A stretch of DNA of 63,429 nt, the filler included, from Licmophora abbreviata (lineage: Eukaryota): assembly GCA_900291995.1 (NCBI GenBank). It is 17 parts of 17 records of this genome, joined end to end, with 100 filler letters (N's around TTAATTAATTAA, not from the genome) between each part and the next. Parts side by side here need not be neighbours in the genome. Positions count along the whole stretch, not along the records: positions 57,151 to 59,344 come from OLMU01005715.1; positions 59,445 to 60,457 come from OLMU01005716.1; positions 60,558 to 62,256 come from OLMU01005717.1; positions 62,357 to 63,429 come from OLMU01005745.1; 13 more parts are not named here. The stretch is one strand, 5' to 3'. Shown here in pieces: positions 58,206-63,429 of the stretch. Positions within the stretch are counted from its first letter, which is position 1, and each line of letters begins with the position of its first letter. The position numbers and the translations under genes were made by a program. The notes under the pieces were generated by a model, which had not been told where the DNA came from, did no database searches, and saw nothing but the letters and a program-made list of their open reading frames with translations.

Positions 58206-58904
58206 TCACAACACGCGCGGCCTCGACGTTGCAGGTTCGTCGTCGCTACTACTATCGTCCAATAAGTCCACCACGGTTCTCTTTCGTTCTTCCACTGGCG
58301 TCACGTCCAAGGGAGTCAATGAGGAGGAGGAGGAGGATGTAGTAGTAGCAGCAGCTGCAGTCCTACCAATACTAGAAGAAGTAGTAGCATGCATCTGTTG
58401 GTCGTCGTAGTCGTCGTCCAATAGTTGCACTACTTCTCCTCGTATCTTGAATGATGATGCAAGAACGACGACAAGATGAATAAAGTAATTACGAAACCTT
58501 CCCACGCCGAGTTTCCGAAGGGAGCGACCCCCGCTCTTGAGTTCACGTCCGAGATGAAACAAGCGTTGGTGGTGCGGAGGAATCGTCGTTGCAGCAGCAG
58601 TAGTAGTAGTAGTAGAGGAAGAAAAGGACTCGGCAATGCAGTGTTTCAAGTCATTCAGCGTTGTTGTATCGAGGGGCAGGCTGAGCTGAGAAATCAGTTT
58701 AGGAAAGAAGCAGCAGACACAAGGAGGGAAGGATGATGGTGAGGATCACTCGATACAGAGAAATGGGTCGGTTGGAGTACGCGCACGTCGACTGCGGCTA
58801 CATAGTCTAACACATCATACCTGTACTCGATCGGCATTGGAAGTACGCACTATAGTAATGGTGGATGCATTCAAAGTCGTATCATCACTGCTGCGGGATG
58901 ACAT
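58206..58904 (-). CDS. Small ubiquitin-like-domain protein with acidic SIM-like motifs (exon structure uncertain)
   Basis: TTTLNDLKHCIAE...QRLFHLGRELKSGGRSLRKLGV...IHLV resembles the ubiquitin fold; tail has EVVQLLDDD and TVVDLLDDSSSDDE; candidate ATG at 58904. Confidence 0.5.
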
Positions 58905-59558
58905 GTTGCTGCTGCTGCTGCTCGTACTACAGAATAGACTTGTGCAGTCTACTCGGAGTAGTCCTTTCGTGTCGCTCGTTCCTTTTTCTCCTCGCTAGAG
59001 TCGACAAGACTGATTCTTTCTAGAGTATGTAGGAGAAGAGCAAGACGAGGTGGTCTCGGCAGTGCCGCCGCGAGGGAACAGAAGCACTCTCAAAGTAATG
59101 TCGAACTCGCAATCCAACACACACACACACTCACTCACTCGACAAGCCCAATCGAATGAATCATGACAAACGTGTTGCCGGAGGTGCGCGCAGCGCGGCT
59201 GGATCGGAGTTCGTTCCAAAAGATCTCCGAGGACCGTTTTGAATCCTCACAATTATATTATTGTAATTCGTATTGTATATAATATAATATAGCATTTTTA
59301 TCACATACACACGAATATTTATCAACAATTCCTACGGAAACTCANNNNNNNNNNNNNNNNNNNNNNNNNNNNNNNNNNNNNNNNNNNNTTAATTAATTAA
59401 NNNNNNNNNNNNNNNNNNNNNNNNNNNNNNNNNNNNNNNNNNNNCACTGCAGCATTTAATTTCTGAAACCAAAAGTCGACTGACTCCCATTTCCATCCTA
59501 GACTGCTGTATCACACTAGACTACCGTTCCTTTTAAATTATCGAAATTCAGAAAGAGC

Positions 59559-61584
59559 ATGTCCTCCAAACGCAACAACAAGCGCTCTTCTCCTGCCATG
59601 TCCAAGCTGACATCCTCAGGCCCTCCACCCTCCCATCCCCTCGAACACTCTTCCTCCCACCGTCAGTTTCTAATTCGCTCCTTGGATCGCTGCGATGCAG
59701 AACTCGCCGCTGTGGCAGAACTCAATCGCACTCTGCACGACTGCAAGACGAAACTACGAGCGCTGCCCAATGGACAGCGTTTGCTCTTGGATCTGGGAGA
59801 GGGACGCATCAAACTGGCCCTGGACGAACGCAGTCTGGTGCTCGGCGATGCTCTTCACGACGAAGAGCAACCGAACAAGGAAGATGAGACTGCTGCAAAG
59901 AAGAAGAAGAAGACCAAAACTGAAAACAATGACCCAGAGGAAGAGCATGCCGACGACGACGACAAGTCGAAACATCCGATCGCTCCTCCTCACAACGACG
60001 TGACTGCAGACGACCTTCGTTGCGTCGATTTCTTGTTGCGATTGAAATTGCGTCGCAAACTCTTGAATCGTCTTGCACGACGATTGCATCGCCTCGCGGT
60101 AGCCATGGATGGGACGGACATTACTCCCTCGGTGCCGCCCAAATTTGGAGACTTGAGACTCTTTGTGGATCCCAAGGAAGTGGAGAGATTTGGAAAGAAT
60201 TTTGAGAGGCAGAGGGAAGCTTTGGAGAGAATGAACAAGCGAAGAGAGCAGGATGCTAGTGATGAAAATACGATCGTGGATGAAAAGATACCAGAGGAGG
60301 CGGACGAGCCTGGTGAACCTGCTGCAACAGCAGATGCGATGGACGGTGCCGAGGAAGAAAGGACGACGGAAGCCGTCCCGTCCAACGAGGACGCCGCGCC
60401 ATCCGACACTGCTGCAACGCAAGACGAGGTCGTCGACGACGATAAAATTGATCCCGCNNNNNNNNNNNNNNNNNNNNNNNNNNNNNNNNNNNNNNNNNNN
60501 NTTAATTAATTAANNNNNNNNNNNNNNNNNNNNNNNNNNNNNNNNNNNNNNNNNNNNCTACGCTCGGCGTCGTGTCGAGCAGGACACGTTGACCTACAAC
60601 CATGCATTCCGCCGCTCAAACGACTTGTATGTGCGCAAGATGAAGGCGGAAGCCCAGTTGAATGCGGTTGCATATGAGTATCGTGTCAAGATCACCAAGA
60701 TGACCAACGACTACAGCATTTCGGATGCCATCTATAGGTCTCGCTGGAAGACTCGGAAGGAAGCTCACGAACGTCAGAGAGCGGCGTCGTGCATGCCTTC
60801 GTATTGGAACAAGGTGGCAGTTGGCACGCCGCTGACGGCGGAAGCAGCCAGAGGCACGACCGACCCAGTCCGAGGTTTGGTGGGTCGCACGCTGGCGGAT
60901 ATGATTGATGGTGTCGTCATGAGAACGACAGATCCAAACTGGAAGGATACTAAGTTTGATGAGCCCTACGAGCGTCCTCCCACCAAAAACCCGAACGACG
61001 CCATTGTCGACGCATCAACCGGCGAGACGATGCGTCATCGTCAAGACCGTATCGAGCAGGCTCACAAGAAGAATCTCATCAGCTATGTGAATCACCTGGC
61101 CACTGCCGAAGACGAACGTAAGCGAGCCTGGAGGCGCATGATGAAGACCAAGCAGGAGTTTGACATTCCTCATCAGCACGTGACCACATCGGGCGGACGT
61201 CGTACTCGTGTCAATGTGGACTCTCGTCAGCTCCATTTGCTGCCGCTACCGCCTCTCGGTCCTACCACAGGAAGTTCCGGCATGGTCGCGACTCCTTCAT
61301 ACGCACCTTCCACCATGCCCACGTACATGCCTCCTCCCGTCACGCAGACGGCCCCGTCACCCCTCAAGATTCGTGGCGCATACGGCATGAACAGCGCCTC
61401 CAAGTACTCGGCAGCTCGCATGATGGAACGTGTCGGATCTGACGGAACGGTCGCTCCCGCGTCGGACCCCAAGAAGAATAAGGATGGTTTGTACCAGCGG
61501 CCGGCGGGACGGTCGCGCAAGGGCATGGATTGGGATGCGTTTCGGGGAATCTGGGTGCCGTCGTCGACGCACGCCGAGGGATGA
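59559..61584 (+). CDS. Hypothetical nuclear protein spanning the spacer at 60458
   Basis: Long ORFs on both sides of the gap on the same strand; NLS-like KKKKKTK; acidic region; C-terminal GLYQRPAGRSRKGMDWDAFRGIWVP motif. Confidence 0.6.
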
Positions 61585-62001
61585 AAGGAGGTGATTGACA
61601 CCATGCCGGAAGATAATTTTACGTTTTGATGAGTGTAAGGGGAAGAGTAGCCTAAAGTAGGAAGTCTTTTGCAGGGTAGCTTCGTATATTGATCCGTTGT
61701 CAAAGAGCGAAGGTATCATAGGATAGCGGTGCCATTCGTCTCTAACCAGAGCACCCGGACATGACGTCAAGCTCATTCTTTCACATGGATTGCCCTTTGG
61801 AGGGCACGTGCGGACGGTGTCAGAATTTTCAATCGATCTCTACGTAGGAATCAGTATAGACTTCACGAAGAAGTTGGCGTGAACCTCTTTCAATTTGAAA
61901 TTCCCTCACGAAAAAAGTTCGAAATCGTGACGACCACAGACACGAATTGAACGAGCGTTGAGCGAACAGAGTCTCACCTTTCTGTCTTGACAAGCATCGC
62001 G

Positions 62002-62256
62002 ATGGCCCTGGTGGACACCTGGATGGGTCGCCCGGCCCTGTATCATTTAACGAGTGAGCTGATCTGGCCTGAAGTGATCACGAGAGCGAAAAGCCATCCC
62101 CACGAAGTGTCGTGGCGAAATCCAGTGAATGGCGGGACGGCTCTGCACTACTCGTGTCGATTTCAGTATTCTGGAGTCGAGGTCGTGCGTGCCATGCTGC
62201 AACATTCACACGTGGAGGCTGTGGGCATACAAGACAAGCTTGGAAGTACGCCCTTG
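62002..62256 (+). CDS. Ankyrin-like repeat protein, 5' fragment
   Basis: WPEVITRAKSHPHEV...GGTALHYSC...VEVVRAML...QDKLGSTPL; cut by spacer. Confidence 0.7.
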
Positions 62257-62605
62257 NNNNNNNNNNNNNNNNNNNNNNNNNNNNNNNNNNNNNNNNNNNN
62301 TTAATTAATTAANNNNNNNNNNNNNNNNNNNNNNNNNNNNNNNNNNNNNNNNNNNNAACTGCGACTGTGTTTTCAATTTTCAAAGAACAAAGGTAGGAGT
62401 AGATTTCCGGTTTGTGGCTGTCAGTCGTCATTGGCGAGCGAAGGCCAGGTTGAGGACAGAGAGTGACGTCACACCATAAGTAACTTCCAAATGTCAAAAC
62501 ACCAACCGCCAAAAGGCAAGATGATGTTTGATGTTGCGATTCATTGTGATGGCCTCGTCGCGATCCCATGGCGTTGCTCGTATCTTCGGCTCCTTTCAGC
62601 TCACA

Positions 62606-63168
62606 ATGAGCTTCCATCCGGCCCTTATCGCCTTGCTATTATTCTGGACTTCGCAGAGAGGGTCGGCCGGATCGTCATCGTCCGAAAGACTTCCGTTCAG
62701 TCTAGGAGTACGCGACTCGCTAATGATTGCACATAGCTTCCACAATCATCCAGCATTTGGACCCGCCGGAGGCACGGTGAGTCGCCAGAGGACAATTCTT
62801 TACAGTATTAGTCCAGTTTTTGCTTATCCACTTCTTTGGCCATACGTTTTGGCTGGCAGCATGGGGCCACGTACACGTGCGACGTCGAGTTCATGTCGAA
62901 AGACTTGGCCGAGAAAGTCAACTGGGTAATTGACATTGGGAAGGCTTCAGACATTCTCAGCGATGTCATATCTCAGTACAATATGAAAAATCTTGATGAT
63001 GTATTCCCCGATACTGTTTTCACCACGACGGAATTCATGGCTCACCAGATTCATCGTGACATTTGTCAGAGACTGAAATCAAGCTGCCCAGAGTTCCGAG
63101 GGCAAATCTGCGTCAAGCTGTGGGAGAGTCACAAGGCATGGGCAAGCTATACAAGCGACTTGGAGTGA
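62606..63168 (+). CDS. 6-pyruvoyl-tetrahydropterin synthase-like (COG0720, T-fold) protein with N-terminal signal-like sequence; intron 62777-62859
   Basis: FSLGVRDSLMIAHSF..HPAFGPAGGT|HGATYTCDVEF, VIDIG, YNMKNLDD, TTEFMA, VKLWESHKAWASY. An alternative upstream start exists at 62549. Confidence 0.88.
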
Positions 63169-63429
63169 CATATAATTGGGCTGGCTATTCTGATTTCCTC
63201 AATGGACCGCAAAAGGCTGCTCGTCGTACGATTTCGTCCCCAGGTCCCGCTTCTGTTTCGACTTTTGTAGCTTAACATGCAATTTCAGAAGGACTCGAGT
63301 GCCAAACACCAGTTCCAAGTCCTTTTGCGCCGTCTCCTGAATACGTTGTATAGTTCTGCCCCCAGTCCCTCGCACCAAACGTTTGATGACTCTTGGTACG
63401 CACCACCAAAATCTTGTTCAATCACAAGC

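Noticed and set aside
9886..62356. Recurrent TTAATTAATTAA palindrome flanked by Ns, considered as a biological repeat or CRISPR-like array
   Set aside because: Fixed 100-bp assembly linker with six-frame stops; ORF ends such as 'XXXLIN' are artefacts of it.
1..63429. rRNA, tRNA, CRISPR arrays and transposons
   Set aside because: None recognisable by eye; no transposase, reverse transcriptase, LTR or repeat-spacer structure seen. A covariance-model search would be needed to exclude small RNAs.

Overview
Eukaryotic nuclear DNA, most consistent with a (probably pennate) diatom: compact genes, short GT-AG introns, bipartite 'xAF' plastid-targeting presequences, type III metacaspases and diatom-type mucin-like secreted proteins. 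The window is 17 contigs joined by an artificial 100-bp spacer (N44-TTAATTAATTAA-N44). Several genes continue across spacers, so contig order looks like real scaffolding. Scattered +1/-1 frameshifts, some in homopolymers, suggest sequencing error. Recognisable genes: EME1, DP (E2F partner), a Nudix hydrolase, a SAM methyltransferase, a large PHYLLO-type phylloquinone fusion, organellar LeuRS, a GT32-like glycosyltransferase, an ARM-repeat protein, glycerate kinase, NSUN2/Trm4, two type III metacaspases, an ankyrin/IRAK-like kinase, a HAD 5'-nucleotidase, an APC polyamine/amino-acid transporter, eEF2 kinase, a lipase and a PTPS-like protein. The best leads are: (1) three tandem secreted paralogues fusing a Cys/Gly-rich domain and Ig-like domains to bacterial-type DUF922-like domains that have lost the HExxH motif; (2) an ankyrin-IRAK-like kinase with a Roco/NLR-type tail lying between two type III metacaspases, one with a remodelled Ca2+/S1 site; (3) PHYLLO in MenF-D-H-C order with an extra C-terminal START/Coq10-like domain; (4) a catalytically eroded ExeM/NucH-like secreted nuclease. 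All family assignments are from motif recognition by eye; no searches were run.
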